This document shows positions 26,424 through 39,387 of a DNA stretch of 64,000 bases, in pieces; positions within the stretch are counted from its first letter, which is position 1; each line of letters begins with the position of its first letter. This stretch comes from the human T2T-CHM13v2.0 reference genome, Homo sapiens. The DNA lies in assembly GCF_009914755.1 (NCBI RefSeq), contig NC_060932.1; one strand, written 5' to 3'. The notes under the pieces are model-generated. The model saw nothing but the letters and a program-made list of their open reading frames with translations, searched no databases and was not told the origin of the DNA. The position numbers and the translations under genes were made by a program.

Positions 26424-29400
26424 GGTAGTATAATAAAATTAAATATATATACATATCAAGAAAAATTTAGACTGATCATAGATAAAATGAGAAGCCATCA
26501 AAATAAATATTAAAAAATCATAAAAGCAGTATGCATTTGTATTTTCTATGCTAATATTTCAATTTGTTAATAAAACCTCAATAGGGAAAATACATACGGA
26601 ATACATACTAATACATACAATTATACATAAGACATTACCTATGAAAACAAAGCATTTGAAAAAAGAAAGATCATGAAAAAACTAAATAAAGAGAATAATA
26701 AAAGAAGTTAAAGATAAAGCTAGAAACCGATATGTACATATAAATTCATACATAATTATTTGAAATGAAGTGATAATTTATTCTAAAGTTTCCCAGTGTC
26801 TCAAGGAACAGTAAAAAAGTGATCATTTCAAAAATCACTGTGTTTAAAAGATTAAAAACATTGCCTTGGTTCATGAGAAGGATGAAGCCTGAGAATAATC
26901 TCCAAACTACCATCCTTATATAGTTTTTATAAAAGAAGACCCTACATGACGTGGAAAATAGTATCCTTCAAAATGCCACTACAATAAATAAAATCATAAA
27001 TTCAAAATTTTATATGAATTCTGACATATATGTACCTCAAGGCAATTTCAGAGTAAAATGTCAAAATTTCAATTTAGTAAAGGCTGACCCATGAAGGTCA
27101 AAAGCACTATAATCTAAAATTGAAGATCTTGTATCATCTGGCTTGATCCAGGATTAAAAAAATACATATATAGATATGGATATAAATATGATGCAGATAT
27201 AAACACACAAATACATACTTGAGAGATAGATACAGACATAGAGATGCAAAGTTATATTTTCAAATGGCATTGTTACAACCTTGAAGCAGAAGGTATATAC
27301 TTTATCCACGTAACTCTTTACCAAGTGACTGATATATATTTGGACACTTTAAATTGGGTATGGTTTGATGTTTAGAGTGTGGTGATATGACAGAAAGGGA
27401 TATATAGAGTGGGTTAGGTACCTCTTCCACCTGCTCTCACTGTACTTTCTTCATCATATTGTGTCCTTATTGCTCATTTTAAATTGCTCATTTCATAAAA
27501 TCAAGAACACTGTGAACTTAAATTTTAGTTCCCAGAAATCAAAGAGTTGGATAATTTGAGGTAGATGCTCATAAAATATTTGTGAATTAATTAATCTATG
27601 ATATTTCATGAGTGAAATATGAGATAAAATATGTTGGAAAATGTGAACAGTCATGGACCAAAAGTAAGTTAGAAATAAAATAAGCAAAACAAAACTTTTT
27701 CTTTTTATTTCCTAATTAATTATATAATGGATTTCTCATAATATTTTTAAATGCTTATGAAGTACTGGGAAATAGCAACTCAAAATGTTAGAAATTTAAA
27801 AAACAAAACTGAAAACCTCGTTTGCATTTATAAGAAGCTTTTTAAAAATTAAAAATCTTTGAGAAGAAATAGATAGCTGAAAATATGAAAGAAATATTGA
27901 CTACATTCAAAATCTATAGTAAAAATTGAGTTCAGTAAATATAATCTTAAAATTAAGTCAATATGGAGTCTTTGCATATTTGTCAAAAAATGGAACTGAA
28001 AACTGAACTTCTACAACTTCTTCACTTAAGACTTGTTTTATAATACATCTTCATATTATAAGACTGTGTTACCTTAATGGCTTAATTGTGAGTACAATCA
28101 TTTATCATTTACAGTTTCCTGAGTTGCTACATGGGAGAAATCAATGTGCATGAAAAAGAGGATCATAAAAAAATGCAGTGATCACAGGCAATGAAAAATA
28201 AGGTGATAGATTACCTTGCCTCCGCCCAGTCTTATCCTAGAACTATAAATAAGCATGCTAGTGGACAATCTTTTTTCTCTGTAATTTTATCCAATTAAAA
28301 TGAAGAGAGGAGTTGACACCATAATTCAGATAGATTCAGGTTTAACTTTGGAGGTTTGAATGAGCTAGATTAACTACCTTTCACATCGTTGCTCATTTCT
28401 TCCATTTACATTTGCCGCTTTGAACTGGTTAGCTCATTGGCAAACATGGTTGTATATAGACAGTCTTCGGGTCTGGACAAAAAATAAGACACTTGAGAGA
28501 ATTAAATAGGCAGAGAATATGTAAAAATTTAATGTGAATTAGAAAAAACTAGTTTGGCTATGGATTTTCCCTAACAAGGAGCCTCTAACGGGAACAGAAA
28601 TGGTAATCGGTTTATTGGGAATCGCTATATTCCCAGTGCCAACCACTGAACGTGCCACTTAGAACTCAATAGATATGTATTAAATTAGTTTTGAGAGTTG
28701 CCACTGTGGGCGAGAAACATTAATTAATCCCAAACTATGGAAGCCACGTGTGAACTATTGTATGATACATATAGAAAGAATGTATTAGACTCTTTCACAA
28801 TGTATCTGCTCTAAAAACACTTTTGGAATGTGGAGAATAACTATATTCTTTGTGTTACAGAGAAAAGAGCAGCTTATTTTTGTTAATAACTCAAAAAAAC
28901 CTAAAGAATATTTTGATGCATTCCCTCTTAGAAATCAGCTGGTAGATATCTTCCATGTTGCAGCAAACCAAATTACTCTATGGTGTGATGCAGAACAGCT
29001 TACTTACCTATCCTGGCTTTCCCAATTTGTGGCGTTTCCTCAGCATGCTTAAGGAGGGGTTCCTTATAATGTAGAAAATAAGGCATTTTTTTATCATCAA
29101 CTGATCCTTGCACTTAAAGGTGATTTATCTTCAGCCTTCTTTGCAGCATGTTTCCTTGCTACAGGCTAAAATGTTAATAGATTTTCTAACTTTGCTTAGA
29201 TTATATGAGATATAATAGCAACCATTACTAAGACATCAAACTATCTTTTTCTATCTCTTAATACAATTAAAAACACAGTTGTATATCATTTGCATATGAA
29301 ATTTTATGATTCTTGAGCATTACATATTAGAATTAATTTTTATTATAAAGAAGCCAGAATTTTAAATATCTATAGTAGAGGAAACAAAGTCTAATTTGAA

Positions 29401-29939
29401 ATATTTATTTTTTTCCTATCTTCATGGCCAAGCAGATTTATTTAGGATCTACCCATTGTTTTGGCATATTGCAAGAGTCAGAACAGTCCCAGCACCTAAA
29501 AGACAGCTCAGTCTGCTGGGAACACGTAGACATCAACAAACTCAATAATCATTAATAATTTCATGCTAAGCTTTTAGCAAAATGTCATTTGAAAGCAAAA
29601 GAGGTATTTGTGACTCAATCCGTGCTATGAAATAGGCACTAATTTCATATTTAAATATTTAAAAGTTTTATAATTTATTTTTTTCATCAACGGATACATT
29701 AATGTGTTCAAGTATTACTGAATTTCTCTTCTTTTCAGAGCACTGGCCCAGGGCATTATTTTAGTGAATCATCCATCCACTAGCTGCCAGTGTTCTGAAA
29801 TACAAGAATCTAGCCTTTTCCCATATCGTCCCATGAAGACTCACACAATGACAGTGTCTCCAAGCCTAGGGGGGTATAAAGACGAATTGCAATCACTGCA
29901 AATTAGTGTCCACTGGGAAATTCCTGTCTTTGGACTCTT

Positions 29940-30610
29940 ATGAACATCAAATACCAACTTCTCTATAGCTGTTGTTTAACCTTGGGCAATTTATTTTACC
30001 ATCATGTACCTCAAATTTAAAATACTTAAAATACAAATAATAATATGGATTTTATGAATGTTAAAATAACATGAAAATAATAGGTACAATGCATGACATG
30101 TCATCAGTAAATATGAGCTATTACTCATTTTTTTCAACAACTATTTGAGTGCCTAATGTATACTGGCAGTATTCTGGTTACTGGCAATGTAACAGTGAAA
30201 ACGAGAGACAAGTCTCTATGCTTGCGGAAATGAGTTCAAGCCTTAGTTTACATTAATTAAGTCTATCACTTTGGGCAAGTTATTCCTCCAACCATTAATG
30301 TAAAGTATTTATTGAGTTTTTTCTATTATATTCTTACTTTATTTTATTTACATCACTTGGTATTATTGATATTATAACATTTGTGAGAATTGGGTGGCTG
30401 ACAGTCTTATCTATTACTACATATCCAGCACTTGGAACAGTATGATTAGTAATCAGTCAATAAACAGTCCTCAAATAATGAATAAACTTAGTTAGCTTAC
30501 CTATTATTAAGTCTCTTAATCTTTAAAGTATGAACCAAAATAGTATATATCTTATAAGTTTGTTGGAAATATTAAAAGAGATAATAGAATGGGGTCTTGA
30601 AAAGTGCAAT
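29940..30610. mobile_element. Cluster of MIR (+) and L2 3'-end fragments
   Basis: AACCTTGGGCAATTTATTTTACC; CAACAACTATTTGAGTGCCTAATGTATACTGGCAG; ACTTTGGGCAAGTTA. Confidence 0.6.
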
Positions 30611-31313
30611 TACTTTATTAAATAATGGTGGAGGTTTTCTCACATAACTATTTTTGTTCTTTGAATGTTCAATCATTGATTTAAGTCAAGTATTATTTCT
30701 GAGAGGAAAAAACATATTAACTCTTTGGAGGAGAAACACGAAATCCATAAATAAAATAAGTCAATATCATTACTAAGATCTATAATGACATATGTTGGTA
30801 TCATTAAATATTAGTTAATTGCACCATTTGCATCATCTTGCAGATCTCACAAATGAACTTGTCTCTTGCACTCTACTCCTCCATCTATGTATTGGTAAAT
30901 AATGACTCAGCGTCTCCACTTTGTTTCCCTACCATCATTCAATACAAGCTCTTCTAAAATATAGCTAATGATTTCAGCCCCACACCTGTTTCAAATCATT
31001 CTCTCAGCCAAGTGTATTTGAAATCCTTCACACATATTTACTCCTCTACTTCCTTATTCTCTTTTCTAGCCATTCACAAACCTGTCCAATTTAATTCTTG
31101 AAAATTTCTTCCTTTTTGTTTCTAACAGGGACAAGAATCTTAGCTGTACATTTCTGGGATACTACACTCATTTCTCTTGACCTTCTCTAGTTTAGCCGGC
31201 AAATAATCACCAATTTTGTTTTTAAATATATCATCATACTAATCATGTTCTCTCCCTAATGAAATCCCATTAGAACCTCCCCATTGTCTATTAAGAGAGG
31301 ATTAAGCTCTTTA

Positions 31314-31486
31314 CAGAGCTGCCTTCATGGGCATGCTAACTGTGCAATCAGAGTCTCATACTTAGAAAGGCTCCATGTTTGCTTTATTGATCTGCTGCTA
31401 CCATCATGAAATTCTTAATATTTTTAAACAAAGGATCCCATATTTTCAATTTGCCTTGGGCTCTGCATATTATGTAGCCAGAACTG
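31314..31486 (+). mobile_element. MER91A-like hAT-Tip100 MITE
   Basis: CAGAGCTGCCTTCATGGGCATG...TGAAATTCTTAATA...TTATGTAGCCAGAACTG; CAG...CTG termini. Confidence 0.75.
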
Positions 31487-31601
31487 AATACTTAGCCTGG
31501 CATCCATTTAACAGTCCTTTCCAATCTCATTAATTACTAATCACATCCTTAAATTCCTAAATTAATTGAGGTTGCAATACTTATTATTCCTTACACATTA
31601 C

Positions 31602-32165
31602 TGGGATGGCTAATTTTTATGTATCAAATTGAGCTAAGTGCTGTCAAGATAGTTGGTAAAACATTATTTCTGAGTGTGTCTTTGAGGGTGTTTCTGGACA
31701 ATATTAGCATTTGAATCAGTCTACTAAGTACAGAGGTTCCACCTTCCCCAATATGGAGTGGGCATCATTCAATCCCTTCAGGGCCCAAATAGAACAAAAA
31801 GGCAGAAGAATGGAGAATTTCTTCATCTATTCATGAACTGGGACATTCATCTCCCTCTGCCTTCGGACATCAGAGCTCCTGGTACCCAAGTCTTCAGACT
31901 TCATCATTCATGCTGGCATACCTCTGCCACTAGCACTCCACCTTCCTGGTTGTTAGACCTTTGTCCTCCGACGGGAAATTATGTCATGGGCTCTCCTGGT
32001 TCTCAGGCCTCCAGACCTGGAATGAATTACACCATTTACTTTTCTGGTTATCCAGCATATTGTGGGACTTCTCAGCCTCCATAATGATGTGAGTCAATTT
32101 TCATAACAAGTTTCTTCTTGTATATCCATCCTGTTGTTTGCTCCTCTGGAGAACCCTAAGTAATA
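31602..32165 (+). mobile_element. MLT2 (C/D-like) ERVL solo LTR
   Basis: AAACATTATTTCTGAGTGTGTC...GTGGGCATCATTCAATCC...AATAGAACAAAAAGGCAGA...CTCTGGAGAACCCTAAGTAATA. Confidence 0.85.
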
Positions 32166-32673
32166 AAATTATTATCTTCTTACCTTTTATTACATATTTT
32201 CTACTCAGTTTAAAACACTCTTCATTTCCTGTCTAAATCAAGACCAGCTCAACATTGAGCTTCATGAAGTTATCTGACCACTGAGACACAGTAAATTGCT
32301 CTCAAAAATGTGTACAGCATTTTTGATTTGCAGTACCCATTAGACAGTTTTTTATTTTATTATTTCAATTTTCTGTAGAAGATTGTTACTGTACCTAATT
32401 TAATAATTCCCTAAAAAGGGATCACCACTTGTTAGATGTTTTATAGGCCCAATGTATTTATCAAAATGCCTATAATATAATTGCTACTCCAGGATTATTT
32501 TGCCAAAAAAGTAAACTGCCTAAATTACCCTAATAGATTTGTTTATAAAATTCAAAAATAAGCTATATAAAACTTTTCTGAGATAGTCTGCCCTACAATT
32601 TATTTCTCAGAGTGAAGGAAAATAGAAAAACATTTCTCTAGACTGTGATAATTTGAGGAAAAATTTAAAATAA

Positions 32674-32727
32674 ATATATATTTAAATATATATATATATA
32701 TTTATATATATATTATATATATATATA
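32674..32727. repeat. (TA)n(GA)n microsatellite
   Basis: atatatatatata...ggagagagagagagagag. Confidence 0.9.
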
Positions 32728-33439
32728 TGGAGAGAGAGAGAGAGAGTTTAAAATTTACTTCAAAATTATGTATTTGCCTGTAGTCATTTCAGCATAATTC
32801 CTGGAATGCTACCTTTTCTGTCATAGAATACCTAAATTATTTATTTTATACACCCAGGTAATCACAACAAGACATTTCTTTGTCCTTCTGGCCTCCCACT
32901 TAGGTTCCACAGTTGCTCTTAGTGACCACCATATCTACTCCATGTCCTAGAGTTGAGATCATTTGTTGACACAAATATTGACCAAGAATAAAATTTTTTT
33001 GAAAAATAATCCACTGAGTACTTGAAAAAAGTAATGCACTGATTGCCTCAAATTTCAAACAATATGCAGCTGTAAGAAATATAACTAAAATTTAGAAACA
33101 GTTATTAGCAGCAAAATCTTGTTCTATTTTTCACTATGAATGAGTAGTCTTAGGCTTTACATTTCTGATATCAGAATCCCAGTAGTTACATTTTTAGGAA
33201 AACCAATATTTAATTTATGTTGCTTGAATATGTCACTAAATAGGCAAAACCTAGTTTGTGTTAACAACTATTTAAGCAATACCATCCAGATATCTGATAA
33301 ACACCCTTAGTTTGAAATACTTTTAAAATATTAATTGAGCTTTCTACACATAGAAAAAGCAAACATTCCCCCAAATAAATGTTTCAGAATAAAAAGATTT
33401 CTCCAGATTTTTAGCCTGCTTTAGAGTATTGTCTAACTT

Positions 33440-34400
33440 TAGTGTTTTGTTTCTATTGATTATATTTGTTATTCTTTTTATAGGTCATAATATTCCTGTT
33501 TATTTGTGTGTCAAAGTTTCTTGTTGCAAACTAGACATTCTAAATAATATAATGTGGAAATTCTGGAAATAAATTCAATCTTCCTCAGGGTTTGTTATTG
33601 ATACTGTTTTTGTTGTTGCTTTCTGTTGGTTTAGTGATTTTGTTGGACTAATTCTGTAAAATATGTATTCTTCATAGTGTGTGACCATTGAAGACTCAGT
33701 TAGCTTGCTGGTCACCTCATAATTAGATAGAAATTTCCCTAAATGCTTTGAAACACTAAGTCTCCCACCTTTTGCCAAGAGGTGCTGTGTGAGTGTTGGG
33801 TTATGCCTTCATCATTCCAGGAGCTTACAACTGTGTCTTATCTGGCTAACTTGTTGCTTGCATAGAGCCTCAGTGTTAGCCAGAGGTGAAATTCTTAGGC
33901 CTTCTGAAGTCTTTCTTAGTCATACACAAGCCCTGCTCATCTTCAAGGCTTTCTAGAGCCCCAGGAATATACTGCAGTTTTTTAAGCCTCCTGTGGACAT
34001 TTCACTCTACAAGTTTTTATTTTTAGTTTTTTGTCAATCCTCTTGTTTGCTTCAACTGGTATCACTGCCATAGGCAGCCAATGTTAAATTAAATGCCTTA
34101 AGAGAAGGTCTTTCTTCAGAGATTCCAGTCAAGTAAAATAAAGACAACTCCTGTGAAAGGAGTTTTTCATGTGAGTTTCCTGACAGGTCAAATTGTGACA
34201 ATGCTGCAGAAGTGGGACGTTTTGAGTTGCTTCAAACCCATTCTGTTCCCTCCAGGGGCTGCTAAGCTGCTGGTTTTCACTATGATTGCAGGACTGCAAT
34301 TTTCAAGTCAACTACAGAACTATGGCAAATTAAACATCAAAAAGTCCTCTTCTTGCTGGGATTTAGCCACTTTATTATTAGTGCATCTGAAAGTGTTTCT
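33440..34400 (-). mobile_element. Old L1 (L1MC/L1MD-type) 5' region
   Basis: TTGCAAACTAGACATTCTAAATAATATAATGTGG...TGTATTCTTCATAGTGTGTGACCATTGAAG...TTTCCCTAAATGCTTTGAAAC. Confidence 0.6.
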
Positions 34401-35401
34401 CCATTACTATTTTTGACCTATGAGTTCTTTCTTCACTTAAAAGTAAAAGGAGTTGATTTTAATTGGCATTAGGAAACCCTGGATATGATCTAAGAAGTTA
34501 GGATATAGAACTATTGTTTCTCCAACTCTCATCATTGTCTCTGCAATTCTAATTCATGAGCAAAACATTAAAAATGTGCACACTAGGAATTTGGTAGCAA
34601 GATAAGAAGCTGTGATATTGAAGGAAAATAAAAGAACATGAAACTACAAAAAACAACTCACCCAGAGACAAACTTTTACAGCCAGAAGTGATTAATTGAT
34701 GGCTATAAAAAGACACAAAAAATAATCTGAGTATTTGCTTTGACCTCATCTTCTTTTACAACATGTTACTTGGCCATAATTTAAAATTATTAGCTTCAAC
34801 ATTTTTGAGAAAACTAATATTCAGCACTCTGGTTCTATTTGTGTTTACTGACTTCTCTAAAAGCTACTCTTATTCCTCAGTTCTCCAGGAAGAGGAAGAG
34901 AACCTGCTCCACTCCCCAACAAAATAGCAGAGAAGAAAGTCATTCCCTCTTTCCATCCCCATTATATTCATAACCTCCTTCAAATATTCTCTCCCCTTAA
35001 TGAGGAAGGAATTGAACAAGGTCCATCTGTTTACACTGCAACTTTGACAGTTAATGCTTCAAGGGACTACCTTAACAACACTGGAGAAGAGATAAAAATA
35101 AGAGAGGTGACTTATCTATAGTCATGTAATAGGTGTCATATTAGAACTTTACAATCATCATTTCATGTAACTACCACAATTACTGTACCAATGAAGCTCA
35201 ACATTTTCCAGCTAATAAGTCATAGAGGGAAAAAAAAATCAAACATAGTTTTGCATGATTCTAGTCGATGCTCTTACACTGTTTCTCTTTTTCTTTCTTT
35301 GTAGCCCATGTGCACCCTCCCCACAACCTATACATAGCTCTATTTCCAGCCCCACTGGCTTAAACAAATAACAATAATAGTTTAATATTTAAGCAACTAA
35401 T

Positions 35402-35568
35402 CTCTCTCTTTTTTTTTCTCTCTCTCTTTTGAGACAGTCTCAGTCTGTTATGTAGGCTGGAGGGCAGTGGCATTACCATAGCTAACTGCAGCCTTAACCT
35501 GACTATCCAGGTTCAAGTGATCCTCCCATCACAGCTGGGACTACAGGCATGTGCTACCACACCTAGAT

Positions 35569-35604
<36 letters not shown>

Positions 35605-35734
35605 TTATTTTTTTTTTCTAGAGGCAAAGTCTCGCTATATTGCCCAGGCTGATCTCAAACTCTTGGGTTCAAGTGATCCTCTGACCTTGGCCCCCTAAAG
35701 TATTTGGTACAGGTGTGAGCCACTGCACATAGCC
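35402..35734 (-). mobile_element. AluJ with (TTTA)n expansion in the middle A-rich linker
   Basis: ATAGCTAACTGCAGCC and CAAGTGATCCTC diagnostics; TSD AAGCAACTAAT at 35391 and 35737. Confidence 0.92.
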
Positions 35735-36309
35735 TGAAGCAACTAATTTCTTAAATAAAGTCCACAAGCCACAGAAAAGTATAGAGACTTCCACAATTAA
35801 ATTTTCTTTAATATCAAAGTATAATGCCTGGAGGATCTCATCTAGACAACTGAGGGGGCTCTCAGTCTTCTTGATTTTTGGAAAAGATCATATATTTTCT
35901 GATTGTTTCTTGCCACCTCTCGTTCTGAAATGATGCCCCAAGTAGCACCGATATGCTTTTCTAACCATCTTGAAAAGCAATTGTTCTTTACTCATGCTTC
36001 TTCACTGTGTCTGAGCTCAACACAGGTACATTTTTCTGCAAAGGTGACATCTCAGCACAAGGAAAGTGTACAAAACAGAAAAAACACATAAGTCCTTAGT
36101 GAGTGAAGCCTGCCGTAGCCTATATGGAATATATTTCACCAAAATAGAATATACATATATTCTATAAGTATGTATATTTACATTGTAATTTTAAGCATTA
36201 AGTTAATTTTATTTGAATTTATTAGAAAATAAAATACAGTAAGAACTTAATTGCTATATTTCACATCACATTTACTTCGTACGATAGTTATAAACTAAAG
36301 AGAGCATTT

Positions 36310-37295
36310 TAAGACCTTAACAGATACTTCACCCAAGAAGATGTACAGATAGCAAATAACCATGTGAAAACATGCTCCACATCATATGTCATCAAGGAAA
36401 TGCAAATTAAAATAATAACCAGTACACACTTGTTAGAATGGCCCAAATCAAGAACACTAACAATACCAAATGCTGGAGAAAATGTAGAGCAATAGGAACT
36501 CTCATTCGTTGCTGGTAGAAACACAAAATGGTACAGCCACTTTGGAAAACAATTTGGTGGTTTCTTTCCAAATTAAACGTGCTCTTACCATATGACCCAG
36601 CAACACATTCCTCAGCATCTGCCTAAAGAAGTTTAAAACTTATGTCTATACAAAAAACTGCACATGGATCTTTTTAGTGGGTTTATTCATAATTGCCAAA
36701 ACTTGGAAGCAACCAAGATATCCTGAAGATGTCCTTCAGCAGGTGAATGAGTAAATAAACTGGTGTATCCACACCATAGGATATTATCTAGCACTTAAAA
36801 AAAAAAAAGAGTGATCAAGGCACAAAAAGACAAGAAGGAAACTTAAATGCATATTAGTAGGTTGAAGAAGCCAATCTAAAAAGCCTACATACTGTATGAT
36901 TCCAACTATATGGCATTCTGAAAAAGGCAAAACTGTGGAGACTGAATAAAAAAGATGAGTGGTTGTCAGGGGTTGGGGGAGGGAGAGATGAGTATAAGGA
37001 ACACAGTGGATTTTTAGGGTGAAGTAATCTGCATAATACTATAATGGTAGATATTCATCTAAACCCACAGAATGTATAACACTAACAGTCAACCCTAATG
37101 TAAACTATAAACTTTGGGTGATAATGATGTATCAAAGTAGATTAATCAATGGTAGTAAATGCACCACTCTGGTGGGGCATGTTGATAATGGGGGAGGTTA
37201 TACATGTGTGAGAAAAAAGTGAATATGGGAAACCTGTGTACCTTCTTCTCAATTTTGCTTTCAATCTAATAGTGCCCTTAAAAAACGTCTTAAAA
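36310..37295 (+). mobile_element. L1MC1-like 3' end
   Basis: TGCTCCACATCATATGTCATCAAGGAAATGCAAATT...AACCCTAATGTAAACTAT...CCACTCTGGTGGGG...GATAATGGGGGAGG. Confidence 0.88.
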
Positions 37296-37304
37296 AATAT
37301 CTAT

Positions 37305-37555
37305 CAGAGTTATTTTAAAGGTTGTGCATTTTACATTCTCACCAATGTGTAAAATGTATACCATGTCCTCAACAACCTATTAAGCATTATTATTATTTGT
37401 TAAGCTTAACCTGTTTAAGCTTTTTATTATTTTTTAAAATCCCACGAGTAGAGATATATAATTCTGGCTTTAATTTGTAATTTTCTAATGTCTAATAATA
37501 TGGTGCTTTTTAATGCATTTATTGACCATTCACATATCTTCCTTTTGCCCATTGT
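37305..37555 (-). mobile_element. Ancient L1 (L1ME-like) fragment, apparently continuing at 44665
   Basis: TTTTACATTCTCACCAA...TTTAATTTGTAATTTTCTAATG...TTATTGACCATT. Confidence 0.6.
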
Positions 37556-39146
37556 TATTTATTTTTTATTTTTTTAAATAAAATTTATTTAAAAAATTTG
37601 TGGATACATATTATGTATATATATTTAGGGGTTACATGAGATGTTTTAATATAGGAATGCCATGTGAAATAATCACATCAGGGTAAATGGAGTATCCATC
37701 ACTCCAAGCATTTATCTTTTGTATTAGAAACTATCCAATTATTCTTTTTTACTTATTTTAAAATGTACAGTTAAATTATTTTTGACTATAGTCACCAGTT
37801 ACGCTAACAAATATTAGGTCTTATTTACTCTATCCAACTATGATTTTGTACCCATTAATTCTCCCCACTTCCACCCCTCTCCATACACTACCCTTCCCAG
37901 CCTCTGGTAACCATCCTTCTATGTTCTAACTCCATGTGCCCAGTTATTTTCATTTTTAGCCCCCACAAGTAAGTGAGAATGTGCAAAGTTTGACGTTCTG
38001 TGCTTAGCTTATTTCACTTAACATAAAGTCCTCTAGCTCCTTCCATGTTGTTGCAAATGATAGGATCTTATTGCATTTTATGGCTGAATTGTACTCCATT
38101 GTGTATATGTGCCACATTTTCTTTACCCATTCATCTGTTGATGTTCAGTTAGCTTGCCTCCAAATCTTGTGAAAAGTGCATCAATAAACATGGGAGTGCA
38201 GCTATCTCTTCTATAAAACAATTTCCTTTCTTTTGGGTATATAAATAGGAGTGGGATTGCTGGATTATAAGGTAGCTCTATTGATGATTTTTTTGAGAAA
38301 CCACTAAGCTGTTCTCCATAGTGGATGTACTAACTTACGTTCCCTTCAGCAGTACACAGATTCACTTCACTCCACATCTTCACCAGCATTTATTATTGCC
38401 TGTCTTTTGGATTAAAGTCATTATAACTGGGGTTAGATGATATCTCATTGTAGTTTTGATTTGCATTTCTTGGATAATCAATGTTGAGCACCATTCCATA
38501 TACCTGTTTTCCATTTGTATATCTACTTTTGAGAAATGTCTATTCAAATCTTTTGCCCATGTTTAAAAAGGATGATTAGATTTTGTCCTATAGTGTTGTT
38601 TGAGCTCTTTATATATTGTGGTTATTAATCCTTTATTAGCTGGGTAGTTAGCAAATATTTTCTCCCATTCTGTGAGTTGTCTCTTCCCTTTGTTGATTGT
38701 TTCCTTTGCTGTGTAGAAGCTTTTAAACTTGATGTGATCCCATTTGTCCATTTTTGCTTTGGTTACCTGTGCTTGTGGAATATTACTCAAGAAACCTTTG
38801 CCCAGGTCAGTGTCCCAGAGAATTTCCTCAATGTTTCCTGTTAGTAGTTTCACAGATTGAAGTCTTAGATTTAAGACTTTGATCCATTTTTATTAGAGTT
38901 TTGTATATGGTAAGAGATAGGAGTACAGTTTCATCCTTTTGCATATGGGCATTCAGTTTTCCCAGCAGCATTTACTGAAGAGACAATCCTTTCCTCAATG
39001 TATGTTCTTAGCATCTATGTCAAAAATGAGTTCATTGGAGATATCTATGAAATATTTATTCTGTTCTACTGATCTGTGTTTCTGTTTTTAGGCGTGTACC
39101 AGGTCATTTTGTATTATATATTATATATAATTATATATATTATATA

Positions 39147-39301
39147 AGTCCTTCCCAGTCCTTCCCACTCTTCCCTCCCCTTTTCACAGGCAGAAGCACC
39201 TCACCTCATGGCCAGCACCACCACAAACCCATGGGGAGTAACTTCAGGCTATTTCTGCTGTTCCCCTCATGACTAAAACCTCTTTAGTCAGCTTGTGGTG
39301 A
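39147..39301 (+). repeat. Dispersed direct copy of 43073-43216, flanked by TA-rich microsatellites
   Basis: Hand alignment gives about 11 differences over 145 bp. Confidence 0.92.
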
Positions 39302-39356
39302 CTAAATAATATATAATAATTACATATATTATATATATATACTGTGTGTGTGTGTA

Positions 39357-39387
<31 letters not shown>

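Noticed and set aside
26440-27960. Possible very old L1 ORF1/ORF2 relics
   Set aside because: A-rich strand bias is suggestive, but no diagnostic motif is clear enough to set boundaries.
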